Source: a virus. Taken from it: a stretch of DNA of 64,000 bases. Position numbers and translations under genes: made by a program. A model generated the notes under the pieces. That model saw only the letters and a program-made list of their open reading frames with translations. It had not been told where the DNA came from and searched no databases. Below, piece after piece: positions 9,300 to 20,362 of this stretch (within the stretch, counting starts at the first letter, position 1; every line of letters begins with the position of its first letter). The DNA lies in the IMG/VR virus record IMGVR_UViG_3300018080_006015, positions 55,630-119,629 of that record, one strand, 5' to 3'.

Positions 9300-12200
9300 A
9301 TGGCAAATGGTTTTATATACGACAGAAGTATACCTCAGATTGAATTAATTGATGGTTATGACGGAACTACCCGTGTAATCATAGACGGATCTGAAAACAC
9401 TAACAGTAAAGTTTATGTTAATGCTATTGCTGGGAATGGTTTGTCCCCCGTTACTATAGATGCCGACTTTGGTGCTGGTGTTCAAAATCAAGTCGCGGTA
9501 TATGCTAATGTTTTTAGATCTGGTCCCATTACAGCATCTGGAGCTGGAATTGGCTGTTATTTGGCTCAGATAGAAGAACATGCCGCTGATGATGTGCGTT
9601 CTATAATTGCTGGTTATTTGGCGTTGGAGCCTAGAAGATCAGCTCCTCATGCCACAGAAAGCGTAGCTGCATTTGCTGCTTTCGGTGATTCTGCCTCTGA
9701 TAATTTGTGGGACAGTACACTAACGATGTACGGTCAAGATTGTATAATTAATGCAACTTCAATGGGTTCGGGTAGTGGGCCAAATTTTGCAGTGTATACG
9801 GGGCAAGGTTATGACGGTTACGGCGGTGGTGATGCTGTATTTACAATGGGTTACGGCGATATTGCTGGCGGAGCTGGTGGTAGTTTTATAGTTTTTCCTG
9901 GATTAGGGCCAACTAGTGGAGAACATGGATCCGCAATCTTTTGGAGTGTAGATGAAGATCAAACGCCAGTACGAATTAGAACCACTGTTCCAAATTTTGC
10001 TGATTTGACAAGGTGGGAGAATTATGATGGTTATTTATTAGCTGCTGTAACTGGTGACGGTCATTTTCAGATGACAGATGGGGCTGTACCAGGATATGTA
10101 TTGACATCTGATTTTGATGGAGTCGCTTATTGGGCCCCTAGTGACGGTTATGATGGATATGGTTATTGGACATTAGATGGTAATTTTTTATATCCCAACT
10201 TTTCTGATTATGACGTTGTAATAGGTGATACTACAACATCTATTCCTGGGGAAAAATTACGAGTAAATGGCGATACAACAATAGATGGTAGATTGAGGGT
10301 CGGGACGGCTACAGATGCTGTTGGTATTGGCGATTTTTCTTCTGGTATGGTTGGTACTACCAGGTTGCATTATAATCAGGCAAATGAGAGTTTAAATCTT
10401 TATGATAATGCAAATCAGCAAGTCATTCAATTACAAGCATTTACTCCGCTTTCGACATTGCCCTATGTTGCGGTTGGACTTGGAACTCTTTTTCTTCCGG
10501 GACCAATTAATCCAGTAAGCCCAGAAACTGTAAGAATAGACAGTCCACTTTCTGGTTTGCGCATAGAGGATAATTTAGGGCCAGCTGGTAGTTATATTGA
10601 GTTTGGAGATGGACAACTTGCTGCCCCATCTCAAGCGATTGGGCCTTTGGGACCTGAGGCTAGATTAATATATCATGCTGGTTTTAATTCTTTAGCGGTT
10701 TCTTATGCCGGCGCTCCTTATGTTCCAATTGGTGGTGGCGCACCTTCTGGTTGGACGGATGATGGCGTTGTTGTTAGATTAACTACCATTAATGATGCTG
10801 TAGGTATAGGTACGGCCACGCCAGCAGCTGGTATGAAGCTTCACGTTGTTGGTGATACTTATTTAGAGTGTGATGATTTTTGGGTAGGTACAGACGGTTA
10901 TGCGCGCATGACCTATTCTAGGCTGCAAGAATCATTAACCCTATTTGACAGTTCTGATCAGGCAACCATATTATTAGACGCATTTACTAATGGTGGGTAT
11001 ATAGGAATAGGATCTACAGCGGTTATGGGTCCAAGCGGTTCAGAGCAATTGAATGTTGATGGTGACGCTTATATTGGGGGAAAACTAACCGTAATTGGAG
11101 AGATCGATCCTGTTTCAGTAACTATTGAGGACAAAGTTACATTTGATTCGGCTTTTTACGAGGCTTATGATGGTAGCAATGTATCTCCTGTTTTACTTTC
11201 TGAGTCGAGAGGATTACTTAGATACAATAATTACACACAAGATTGGGAAATGTCTACCCCAAATACTGGCGGATGGGTTAGTTTTGGTGGTGATGGCTAT
11301 GCCGGTTATTGGGATCTTAAAGACGGATATATTCTTCATCCATTAGATGATGATTTTGATGTTACTATTGGGACAGATAGCGTAACAGGTACTGGCGAAA
11401 AGTTATACGTATATGGTCGTCAAGTAATACGTTGTGACAATCTTCCGTCTGGATCGTCAGAGGCGCTGTATGTTGAGGCGGATATTCAGGAATCCTATCA
11501 GGCGGTAATTAACGCTAGTATACGCAGGATGACCCCTCTTGATGGTTATTATTTCGTTACCGGCATTACTAGTCGTGTTAATAATTTAGCTGCGGACAAT
11601 ATTTATTCTGCCTCTGTGGCATTTGCTGCGGCTGAACCGGATGTAGAAAACCCACAAGCGGTACGAGTTGCTTATGTAGTAGAAGGCAATCAAGATACCG
11701 GCAATTTTTATAATGTTGGTCTTGCGGCGGTTGATCAGGATCTAGAAATCGGATCAGTACGAAGAGCGCCTGGTGATGGCTTTGATGTTAGAATATCTGC
11801 CGGCCAAGGAAGTTTTGATGGTTATGGCGGCACTTTACATTTGAGCAGTGGTGGTGGAGAATCTACAGCTCCTGGTGGTTATGACGGGGCAGATATTGAA
11901 ATGTACACCGGTAATGGTGCATCTACTGGTCCTTTTGCGGGTGCGGCAGGAAATTTGCTGATAATATTAGGTAATGCCTCTTCTGATGGTTTTGTTCCAG
12001 CAGATGGTGGTAGTTGTAATGTTGAGTTGGGTTCGGCGGCAGGAATAGGTGGAAATCCTGGAAGATTTACAATTACTGGAGCTAATGGTCATTTTTCCGG
12101 CCCAATGGCTATATTTCAGAATCAAGATGGTTATTCCGCATTAGAAATTGGCGTAGAAGGATGGGCCTCTGTTGGTGGCGGATTTGGTCTTGCTAATAGG

Positions 12201-15200
12201 GGTGATTTTGCGGCCGGAATAAGTGGTGAGTCCAGCGTAATTTATTTCCAAACAGATGGTGCGATGCGTTGGAATGATAGTGGTGGGCTTAGTACCGTCA
12301 CTATAAATGGTAACACTTCTTTTGTGGGTATTGGTACAGATGTACCATTCGGATCTGAGTCGTTAAGTGTTTTGGGTGATGTTCGTATAGACGGTGAATA
12401 TTTAAGGTTTTCTAAGTATAGCCCTTCACCCAAAATTACAATAGAAAATTACGACCTTGTTGGTGCTGCAAATTCGTTAACTATTAGGTCACAAATTGCA
12501 GATAGGCTAAATTCTATTGGTGGTGATTTGATTTTGGGCGCCGGAGATGCGTTAAATCTTAATGGTACTGGCGGTGATTTAACCATAACGCCAGGACGAG
12601 GAAGTAACACGGATGGCACCCTTTATTTACGGGATGGGCAAGGACAATACGGATTATTAGTTAGAACTAGTGGGGCTTATTCTCCAAACGCATTAGTTGA
12701 CTTTGGAGCCGCTGAGGTTACTTCTAGTGGAAATCCTATATGGAATTTTGGAACATCATTGGCTACATTTGGCGGTAATGTTCAAATTGATGGAAAACTG
12801 ACTGTAGATGGTGCGTTAGATCCCATTTCTGTAACCGTAGAAGATAAAGTTGCCGGAACTGGCGCATATTATGAGGCTTATGACGGAAGTTTAGCCGGCG
12901 TCGTAAATCCTGGAGATGACTTTGGTAGAATTAGATATAATGACAGCACCGGATCGTTTGAGCTGTCTACACCAGTAAGTGGCGGTTGGGTTCCCATGAC
13001 TGGTGGTGGCGGTGGTGGAGGAGACGGTTATTGGTCCTTAGATGGCTACACATTATATCCAGACAGATTTAACTATAATGTTATAATTGGTGACAACCTT
13101 CCTTCTGGTTATGGTGAGAAACTGGCCGTACATGGACGCCAGACAATTTTTGGTGGCGCCATTGATCAGGCCGGGTATAGTGCTCTTTATGTTTCTGCTG
13201 AGTGCGATGTAATTGCTAGTAGTGTAATTAGAGCGCAAATGGATCGTGTTAATCCGGCGCCACCAGGCCAGGTGGTTTCTGGAATTTCTTCTCAGCCTCA
13301 AACTATTGTAGGAGATAGCGGTCAATCAGGTACATTTGCCTTTTTTGCAGAAACGCCACAACGATATGATTTGGATGCGCAGTGTGCGGCCTATGTTTTA
13401 TTTGGTGACGAAAGTTCGGGAGATTATTATGATGCCGCGTTGTTGTCAGTAGATCAGCGAATGGTATTATCTACTATTAGGGCCGGAAGTCCTGGTGATG
13501 GCCCAAATATCTACTTGGCGCCTTGTGATGGTTATGACGGTTATGGCGGAGATGTTATACTACAAGGTGGTAGTGCCTTTTGTACTACAACTCCGTATTC
13601 TGCCGGAGGAATTCAACTACAAGGTGGTGATGCCCGCTCGATTACCGGTAGCCCATTTCCACCCGGTTCATCTATAGATGGTGGTGGAGTTCTAATTGAG
13701 CTGGGAGAGGGCGCAGAGGGTGGTAGTAATGGTATATTTAATGTTACAACCCCAAGAAATACCACAGATGATTTCGTAATATTTAGGGACGGCTATGATC
13801 GCCCGGTATTTTCTGTAGATCCATATCTCGTTGATATTCATACAAATGCTAATGTAAAGAACGACTTGTATGTGGGTGGAAAATTAACAGTAGTAGGAGA
13901 GATTGATCCTATTGCTGTTATTATAGAGAGCCCATTAAATGATGCATATTTGGAGTTTGGCGACGGTCAAAGTGCTGTTATTTCTACATCTAATACTGGT
14001 CGTATTAGGTATAATGATGCTGAACAGAAGTTCCAGATATCAATTAATACTGGGGATTATGAGGATATTGTTACTACGGCCTATTCCGTATGGACTCGCG
14101 ATGTAGCAGGATTTGTATATCCTACATCTGTTTATGATCAGGTGGTTATTGGTGGCTCCGATCCTCCAGGTACAGAACAGTTAAGAGTTAGTGGTGGTGA
14201 TTTCTTAATGGAGGGCGATATTGATTTTGGAGTTAATACAATATCTCCAACATTGTCTCAAAGACAAACATCTGGGATCGGTACAGATTTAAATATAGTA
14301 GCTCAAAGAACTGTTGGTGACGGATATAATGCGGGTTCATTGTGGTTGGTAGGTGGTAATGCCCCGACAACTGGTATGGGGTCTTCGGGTGGCAATGTAA
14401 TTGTTGCTCCGGGAGATGGTGACACAGAGGGGGCGTTTTATTTGAGAAACGCTGCCTTAGACAATATGATTATCGCTCTTGATGATAATATTAACTTTAC
14501 CGTGGTGGGTGGTGGATCTGGTTCTGTTACGGCAACTGGCAATCCTACTTGGAATTTCGGTACATCAGCAGCTACTTTTGGCGGAGATGTATTTATAGAT
14601 GATCAGCTTGGTGTTGGAACAATAACGCCAGACGCTAATTCTAAGGTAGAGATAGAGTACACACAAGTTACAAATGGTCGTAGTTTGTTGATTGACCAGA
14701 CGGTTGGCGCTGTTGGCGTAAATTATGGTGTTGATGTATCTTACACACGGACAAATGGCGCCACTCCGGGACAAATGATGTCCGCTTATCATACGGTATT
14801 AGCTAATGACGCGGCGGACTCAGGAGTTTGGATGGCCGCTTTCCATGCCGATTTACCAGACAAGCTTCCTGGTAATGGTATGTTTGGTATTGTTATTACT
14901 GGAGATGAGGGTGCCACTCAAAATTATGACCAGGCGTTGGTAACAATAAATCAGTCATGTAACATTAGCACCGCACAGTTTAGCGCTGGTAGTTCTTATC
15001 CTATTAGATTAAATACAGGATATCCAAGTGGTGATGGTAGTTCGGGCTTCTTGGAATTAGAAAGCCTAGACGCCGTAGCAACAGCTCCTGGTAGCGCACA
15101 TGAGGCTGGAATTATTTATCTTATTGTGGGTGATTCGGCAGCTGGCGATGGTGCGGCAATAGCAGGATCTGATATCAGGATGTATACTGGAGCTGCAGCC

Positions 15201-18200
15201 AGTGGTATTGGTGGTGGTGCTGTAGACGGAGGAGATGTTCAATTAGTTACTGGTCCTGGTGATGGATATGGATATGGTGGTGGTGTTATTCTTTCTGGCA
15301 CAGGACATGATGAATTTTTCTTGCAAATTAATGATAGTCGTAATGCAGAAACATCTCCGGGAAGCACTGGTCGTATAATTTATGATGCTTCTATTCAGAG
15401 ATTTATGATTTCTCAGAACGGATCGGTATATGCTCCAATTGCCACAGATGATGGATATCTTGGTTCTAAGTGGACGCGAGACGGATCTGTTCTTTATCCA
15501 AATTACCCAGCCACTGATTCTGTAGTAATCGGCGGAACATCTTTGGTTTCGGATGAGTCTTTACATGTTAATGGGCGACAGATAAATGTTGGAGGAGAGC
15601 TTCTTTCTGATGAATCTGCCTTAGAGGTTTCCGGGTCTATAGGACAAACAAGTTCTTCAATAATAAGCTCGAAAATGGAACGATATGCCGCTTTAAATGC
15701 TGGAGATTTTGTTTGCGGCATATCTAGCGACATAAGGACGTTATTGGCAGATGATCCGTTTGCTATAAGAGCATCATTTGTTGCGTCTGGCGTTTATGGA
15801 GATTATGTACCAGCAATAACATCTGCATTTTTAGCAAAACCTGGTGATATTTCTTATGGTAATGTTTTAACAGCCTTGGATCAGCATCTAACCATGAACG
15901 CCGTAACAAGAGATCCTGGCGATGGTTATCATGTATTTATACACGCAGCTAGTGCTTTCGAAAATGGCGATGGCGGTGGGGTGTTTATAAATTCTGGAAA
16001 CGCTGATGCAACTAGCGCTGGCAGTTATTCTGGGGGACCTATTAGACTTGCGGTTGGTCCATCAGAAGCGTTGCCTGGTGGAGAGGCTGATGGAGGAGAA
16101 ATTAGCATACAAACAGGCAGCGGAGTATCAGATGGAGGCGTGTCTGCATATGGTGGGTTGTTTAATATTAGATTAGGATCTGGTTCTGGTGCCGGTTATG
16201 GCGGTGGTGTATTAATTTCTTCATTAGATGGGTACGACGCATATTTGCAAATGGAATCTGGTGAAAACGCACAGGTTTCGGATATTGGTACTGGAAGAAT
16301 CATATATAATGCTACTACTAATAGATGGGAAGTTTCTGAAGATGGCGGTCCTTATAAACCATTAGTAAGTGGCGGGAGTGTTGGAGATGGATATTGGTAT
16401 CGCGATCCTATTGGCGTTTTATATCCCGAAAATGTTGCCGATAATGTGGCTGTAAATGCGACTAGCATGTATGATACAGAGGTATTTAGGGCCGCAGGAG
16501 ATATGGCGGTTGGGGGCGATGTAATATTTGAGTCGCTAGTTGTTGGGCCGTCAATATATCAAGATTCTATTAGTTCTGGTGGCGCTGAAGCACTAACAAT
16601 TAGCGCACAAACAACGGATGATGTAGCTGCAAATGGTGGGGACCTTGATCTGTTCGGTGGTAATGGTGGAGCTACTAGTGGTACGGGCGGTAGTGTTAAT
16701 ATTGCTAGTGGTACTGGTAATAATGACGGAGCTATAAACTTTAAATCGGGCAGTTTTGATCTGTTAAGTTTTGCAAGTGATGGCGGCACACAATCTCGTA
16801 TAATTTTTGATAGTGGAGTTAGTGCTGCTAATATTTATGTTGCACAAGAATTTGGTACGGCAAATGGCTGCGATCTTACAATTTCAGCCCAACCTGGCGC
16901 AATTTCAGGGGGTTCTGGCGGTGATTTAAGATTAATTTCTGGGCAACAAACTGGCGGCGGCATAAGTGGAGATATTGAGCTGAGATGTGGCTTATTTCCT
17001 GTTGCAAGGATATATTCTAATAGTACAATTGCGGGTTTTGTTGCGTTTGATTACTCTATTGGTGATTGTTATATTTTACAAGAACAGAGTTCGTCTGGAG
17101 ATGGCTCTGATTTTTATATTTCGGCTCAGCAGTCATTATCGTCTGGGGACCACGATGGAGGCAAGTTATCATTAAGTGCTGGTGATGGATATGGAAACGG
17201 AAGTGGCGGAAATGTATTAATACAATCTGGAAATGGTGGGGCTAATGTTTTTGGTTATCCTGGTCAAATTGAATTTAAAGCCGGATCGCTTGATCTCGCG
17301 GTCTTGAGAGAATATAATTTAAGCCCAAATTCTGCTAATTTTGTTTTTGATTCTGAGCTATCAAGTGGTGTGGTTATTTTTCAGGACACTGCTCCGGTCG
17401 GTATGGATGGTGCTGATTTTCTAGTTGGGGCACAAGACGCTGGTGCTGGAGGGTCTAACGGTGGCGATTTAATACTATTTTCTGGGCTTGGTAATGTTGC
17501 AGATGGCGCAGTTCAAATAAATGCCGGTAATGCTCCAGTTTTCAGAGTAAGCAGAGATAATGGTACATCGTTAGGACAGATAGAGTTTGATGATAATCTT
17601 TCTGGAGTATTAATATCTCAACAAAATCCATCAGTTTCGGGTGATGGGCGTGATATAACAATTCGGGCTCAAAGTGGTATTGCAGGCTTTGATGGCGGTA
17701 ATATAGAGATATTGTCAGGAGAGGCTGGTGCAGGTGGTACGGATGGAGATATTATACTTAACGCGGGCAGCGGAGAAGTATATATACCCGGCAAATTAAC
17801 TGTAGATGGATATTTAGATCCCTCGGCTGTTATTATAGAAGATAAGGCAACCGGTGATGGTGCCTATTTTGAGATGTACAATGGTACGGCTGTAGCTGCC
17901 CCAGATATTGGTGATAACTTTGCTCGGATACGATATAACAATATATCAAATCAGTTTGAGTCTGCAGTGCCTGGAGGCAGTTGGCAAGTATTAGGTGGTG
18001 GTTCGACCGGTGATGGATATTGGTATAGAGATCCTTTGGGCATTTTATATCCCGAAAATGTTGCTGATAATGTTGTTATTGGCGCCGCATCTATGTATGA
18101 TACAGAGGTGTTTAGAGTAGCGGGAAATACATCTGCTGGTGGGGATATTATATTTGAGTCTTCAGTAACTGGTCCGTCAATATATCAAGACTCTATTAGC

Positions 18201-19037
18201 TCAGGAAATGCAGAAACATTAACAATTAGAGCACAATCCACAAGCGACGCGGCAGCAAGTGGTGGCGACTTAGATATTTATGCCGGTGCTGCCACAAATA
18301 TAACGGGTGGTGATGGTGGAAATCTAATACTTCATAGCGGAAATACCGCTGAACCAGGAACAGATAATGGTTCTATAGATTTGTATAGCGGCAATACAGA
18401 TCATATGGTTTCGTTTAAGATAGATGGCAGCTACACATTGTTAGAATTTCATCCAGATGTGATGCCCGTTATAGTTCAGGAGGACGCTGATTCTGGAGAC
18501 GGATCCGATCTTGTTATTGTTGCTCAAAGCGCTGCGGAAGATGGAGCAAATAGTGGTGGTAATATTGTAATACAGACTGGTGATGGCTATGATGGCGGAA
18601 GTAATGGCATTATAGAGCTTAATGGAAATGTTGAACATAGTTCGGCCGATGTAGTTAGTGGTGTAGCGTTCGGTATGTCAAATACGACATCTGATGCAAA
18701 TCCTGTAAGATTATACTTAGACGAATATGATAATGATTTGGTGCTTGAAGATGATTCGGCGTATACTTTTGATATTATTGTAACAGCGATAAATACTGGA
18801 ACAGGAGATGTTGCTTCGTGGCATTTCTATTATTCTGCAAAGCGTTATGGTGGTATTACCTCAGAAGTTAATGAGTCGGACAAAACCACGATCAGTGATG
18901 AAAGTGGCGGGGTGTGGAGCTGTGATCTGGATGTTAACCAGGCTGTAAACAATGAACTTGATATTGTTTGTGTCGGAGATGTTGGTGAAAATATCAAGTG
19001 GGGCGCAACAGTTAAATTTACCAAAATAAAAATGTAA
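9300..19037 (+). CDS. Giant Gly-rich modular fibre/virion protein (3245 aa)
   Basis: Uninterrupted 9.7 kb ORF with four GKLTVxGxxDP modules and about 26 DGY; N-terminus paralogous to 27929. Confidence 0.8.
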   Translation: MANGFIYDRSIPQIELIDGYDGTTRVIIDGSENTNSKVYVNAIAGNGLSPVTIDADFGAGVQNQVAVYANVFRSGPITASGAGIGCYLAQIEEHAADDVRSIIAGYLALEPRRSAPHATESVAAFAAFGDSASDNLWDSTLTMYGQDCIINATSMGSGSGPNFAVYTGQGYDGYGGGDAVFTMGYGDIAGGAGGSFIVFPGLGPTSGEHGSAIFWSVDEDQTPVRIRTTVPNFADLTRWENYDGYLLAAVTGDGHFQMTDGAVPGYVLTSDFDGVAYWAPSDGYDGYGYWTLDGNFLYPNFSDYDVVIGDTTTSIPGEKLRVNGDTTIDGRLRVGTATDAVGIGDFSSGMVGTTRLHYNQANESLNLYDNANQQVIQLQAFTPLSTLPYVAVGLGTLFLPGPINPVSPETVRIDSPLSGLRIEDNLGPAGSYIEFGDGQLAAPSQAIGPLGPEARLIYHAGFNSLAVSYAGAPYVPIGGGAPSGWTDDGVVVRLTTINDAVGIGTATPAAGMKLHVVGDTYLECDDFWVGTDGYARMTYSRLQESLTLFDSSDQATILLDAFTNGGYIGIGSTAVMGPSGSEQLNVDGDAYIGGKLTVIGEIDPVSVTIEDKVTFDSAFYEAYDGSNVSPVLLSESRGLLRYNNYTQDWEMSTPNTGGWVSFGGDGYAGYWDLKDGYILHPLDDDFDVTIGTDSVTGTGEKLYVYGRQVIRCDNLPSGSSEALYVEADIQESYQAVINASIRRMTPLDGYYFVTGITSRVNNLAADNIYSASVAFAAAEPDVENPQAVRVAYVVEGNQDTGNFYNVGLAAVDQDLEIGSVRRAPGDGFDVRISAGQGSFDGYGGTLHLSSGGGESTAPGGYDGADIEMYTGNGASTGPFAGAAGNLLIILGNASSDGFVPADGGSCNVELGSAAGIGGNPGRFTITGANGHFSGPMAIFQNQDGYSALEIGVEGWASVGGGFGLANRGDFAAGISGESSVIYFQTDGAMRWNDSGGLSTVTINGNTSFVGIGTDVPFGSESLSVLGDVRIDGEYLRFSKYSPSPKITIENYDLVGAANSLTIRSQIADRLNSIGGDLILGAGDALNLNGTGGDLTITPGRGSNTDGTLYLRDGQGQYGLLVRTSGAYSPNALVDFGAAEVTSSGNPIWNFGTSLATFGGNVQIDGKLTVDGALDPISVTVEDKVAGTGAYYEAYDGSLAGVVNPGDDFGRIRYNDSTGSFELSTPVSGGWVPMTGGGGGGGDGYWSLDGYTLYPDRFNYNVIIGDNLPSGYGEKLAVHGRQTIFGGAIDQAGYSALYVSAECDVIASSVIRAQMDRVNPAPPGQVVSGISSQPQTIVGDSGQSGTFAFFAETPQRYDLDAQCAAYVLFGDESSGDYYDAALLSVDQRMVLSTIRAGSPGDGPNIYLAPCDGYDGYGGDVILQGGSAFCTTTPYSAGGIQLQGGDARSITGSPFPPGSSIDGGGVLIELGEGAEGGSNGIFNVTTPRNTTDDFVIFRDGYDRPVFSVDPYLVDIHTNANVKNDLYVGGKLTVVGEIDPIAVIIESPLNDAYLEFGDGQSAVISTSNTGRIRYNDAEQKFQISINTGDYEDIVTTAYSVWTRDVAGFVYPTSVYDQVVIGGSDPPGTEQLRVSGGDFLMEGDIDFGVNTISPTLSQRQTSGIGTDLNIVAQRTVGDGYNAGSLWLVGGNAPTTGMGSSGGNVIVAPGDGDTEGAFYLRNAALDNMIIALDDNINFTVVGGGSGSVTATGNPTWNFGTSAATFGGDVFIDDQLGVGTITPDANSKVEIEYTQVTNGRSLLIDQTVGAVGVNYGVDVSYTRTNGATPGQMMSAYHTVLANDAADSGVWMAAFHADLPDKLPGNGMFGIVITGDEGATQNYDQALVTINQSCNISTAQFSAGSSYPIRLNTGYPSGDGSSGFLELESLDAVATAPGSAHEAGIIYLIVGDSAAGDGAAIAGSDIRMYTGAAASGIGGGAVDGGDVQLVTGPGDGYGYGGGVILSGTGHDEFFLQINDSRNAETSPGSTGRIIYDASIQRFMISQNGSVYAPIATDDGYLGSKWTRDGSVLYPNYPATDSVVIGGTSLVSDESLHVNGRQINVGGELLSDESALEVSGSIGQTSSSIISSKMERYAALNAGDFVCGISSDIRTLLADDPFAIRASFVASGVYGDYVPAITSAFLAKPGDISYGNVLTALDQHLTMNAVTRDPGDGYHVFIHAASAFENGDGGGVFINSGNADATSAGSYSGGPIRLAVGPSEALPGGEADGGEISIQTGSGVSDGGVSAYGGLFNIRLGSGSGAGYGGGVLISSLDGYDAYLQMESGENAQVSDIGTGRIIYNATTNRWEVSEDGGPYKPLVSGGSVGDGYWYRDPIGVLYPENVADNVAVNATSMYDTEVFRAAGDMAVGGDVIFESLVVGPSIYQDSISSGGAEALTISAQTTDDVAANGGDLDLFGGNGGATSGTGGSVNIASGTGNNDGAINFKSGSFDLLSFASDGGTQSRIIFDSGVSAANIYVAQEFGTANGCDLTISAQPGAISGGSGGDLRLISGQQTGGGISGDIELRCGLFPVARIYSNSTIAGFVAFDYSIGDCYILQEQSSSGDGSDFYISAQQSLSSGDHDGGKLSLSAGDGYGNGSGGNVLIQSGNGGANVFGYPGQIEFKAGSLDLAVLREYNLSPNSANFVFDSELSSGVVIFQDTAPVGMDGADFLVGAQDAGAGGSNGGDLILFSGLGNVADGAVQINAGNAPVFRVSRDNGTSLGQIEFDDNLSGVLISQQNPSVSGDGRDITIRAQSGIAGFDGGNIEILSGEAGAGGTDGDIILNAGSGEVYIPGKLTVDGYLDPSAVIIEDKATGDGAYFEMYNGTAVAAPDIGDNFARIRYNNISNQFESAVPGGSWQVLGGGSTGDGYWYRDPLGILYPENVADNVVIGAASMYDTEVFRVAGNTSAGGDIIFESSVTGPSIYQDSISSGNAETLTIRAQSTSDAAASGGDLDIYAGAATNITGGDGGNLILHSGNTAEPGTDNGSIDLYSGNTDHMVSFKIDGSYTLLEFHPDVMPVIVQEDADSGDGSDLVIVAQSAAEDGANSGGNIVIQTGDGYDGGSNGIIELNGNVEHSSADVVSGVAFGMSNTTSDANPVRLYLDEYDNDLVLEDDSAYTFDIIVTAINTGTGDVASWHFYYSAKRYGGITSEVNESDKTTISDESGGVWSCDLDVNQAVNNELDIVCVGDVGENIKWGATVKFTKIKM
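16383..18250 (+). repeat. Dispersed intragenic duplication (~240 bp copies starting ~16383 and ~18009)
   Basis: GDGYWYRDPIGVLYPENVADNV...MYDTEVFR...GPSIYQDSISSG occurs twice, with runs of DNA identity such as tttatatcccgaaaatgttgc and ccgtcaatatatcaaga. Confidence 0.85.
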
Positions 19038-19056
19038 TAAATAAAGAGGTTGAACA

Positions 19057-20295
19057 ATGGGATTTAAGCGAGATAATGTAATTGGCAGCATAACTCATAC
19101 AAATGGTATTGTTGTTTTTCCAGATAAAATAACGGTAGGCACAACGTCATTATTGGGCGATGAAACACTACGTGTGGATGGTTATGTAACTGTTGGTGGT
19201 GCTCTGGTTGATACTTTTATAGAAATGACTGATGGTCAGCTGGTTGATGTTAGTAATCCCAATGAAGGTAGAATAAGGTATAATGCATCAACACAACATT
19301 GGGAAATTTCTTCTAATGGGGGTGCATATCAGGTTATTGATACTAGCGCTGGTGAGTGGACTAGAGTTGGTGATACTTTGGAACCCAGTACGGCATCAGT
19401 AAACACATGGCAGTTTGATGAGACAGCTTTTGGCGAGCCATATATTAAGATTGAGCCAACTAGTTCTGCGCCGGGTAAGGCTTTAACAGTTATTGCGCAA
19501 AATACAAGTGCTGGTAGTTCTGCGGCCGGCGATTTAAGATTATATGGTGGCGAAAGCGCTAATAGTGGTCCTGGTGGTAATACTACTTTGAAAGGAGGTA
19601 CGGCAGCGAATGGTACTGGCGGGTATGCACGAGTAGAAGGTGGTAGGGGCGCAACAGGTGACGGTGGTGATATAATAATAATTCCCGGTTCTGGATCTGT
19701 TAGTAATGGCGAAATACAAATAAAAGATGCTAATAGTATTGATCAAATTGTTATAGGTAATGATTTAGTTAATTTTACAGGTCTGTCTGTTATAGCGGAT
19801 GGTAATCCAACCTGGGAGTTTGGATCCGGAAACGCTACCTTTGAAGGTAACGTTCTTGTTGAGTCTGATTTGGAAGTAGAGGGCAAATTAGTTATAGATG
19901 GTTATTATGATATGGCGCCTGCTAGAAGCTTGGTGGCTATTGGTCAGACAACCGATACAACCCCAACCGAACTTTTAGTTAATCTCGCAGATAGGGTGGT
20001 TATACAAGATAATTCTAATTGTTCGTTTTCTTTGTTAGTTTCTGCCAGAAGAGTTGATTCAAATGGCGAAAACGCTACATTTATGTTTGAAGGAAATATT
20101 CATCGCGATAGCGGAGTGGGAACAACTGTTTTGGATGATTATCAAAAAACTATTGTTCATACCGATGATGCGGACTGGGATGTAGATATAAGCGCCGATG
20201 TAGTAAATGGCGCTCTTAAAATAGAAGTTGTTGGCGAGAACGCAAAAGTCATTATATGGGCAGCAAGAATAGATACAATGGAAATTGTTTATTAA
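19057..20295 (+). CDS. Short modular fibre-like protein (412 aa)
   Basis: GAGG RBS; N-terminus paralogous to 20363; C-terminal domain paralogous to 7717 and 9300. Confidence 0.72.
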   Translation: MGFKRDNVIGSITHTNGIVVFPDKITVGTTSLLGDETLRVDGYVTVGGALVDTFIEMTDGQLVDVSNPNEGRIRYNASTQHWEISSNGGAYQVIDTSAGEWTRVGDTLEPSTASVNTWQFDETAFGEPYIKIEPTSSAPGKALTVIAQNTSAGSSAAGDLRLYGGESANSGPGGNTTLKGGTAANGTGGYARVEGGRGATGDGGDIIIIPGSGSVSNGEIQIKDANSIDQIVIGNDLVNFTGLSVIADGNPTWEFGSGNATFEGNVLVESDLEVEGKLVIDGYYDMAPARSLVAIGQTTDTTPTELLVNLADRVVIQDNSNCSFSLLVSARRVDSNGENATFMFEGNIHRDSGVGTTVLDDYQKTIVHTDDADWDVDISADVVNGALKIEVVGENAKVIIWAARIDTMEIVY

Positions 20296-20362
20296 TTTCC
20301 AATTTATGTATCAGAATTAGTGACGCTAATGTGTGGGAATATATTAATGGAGACAATAGGTA

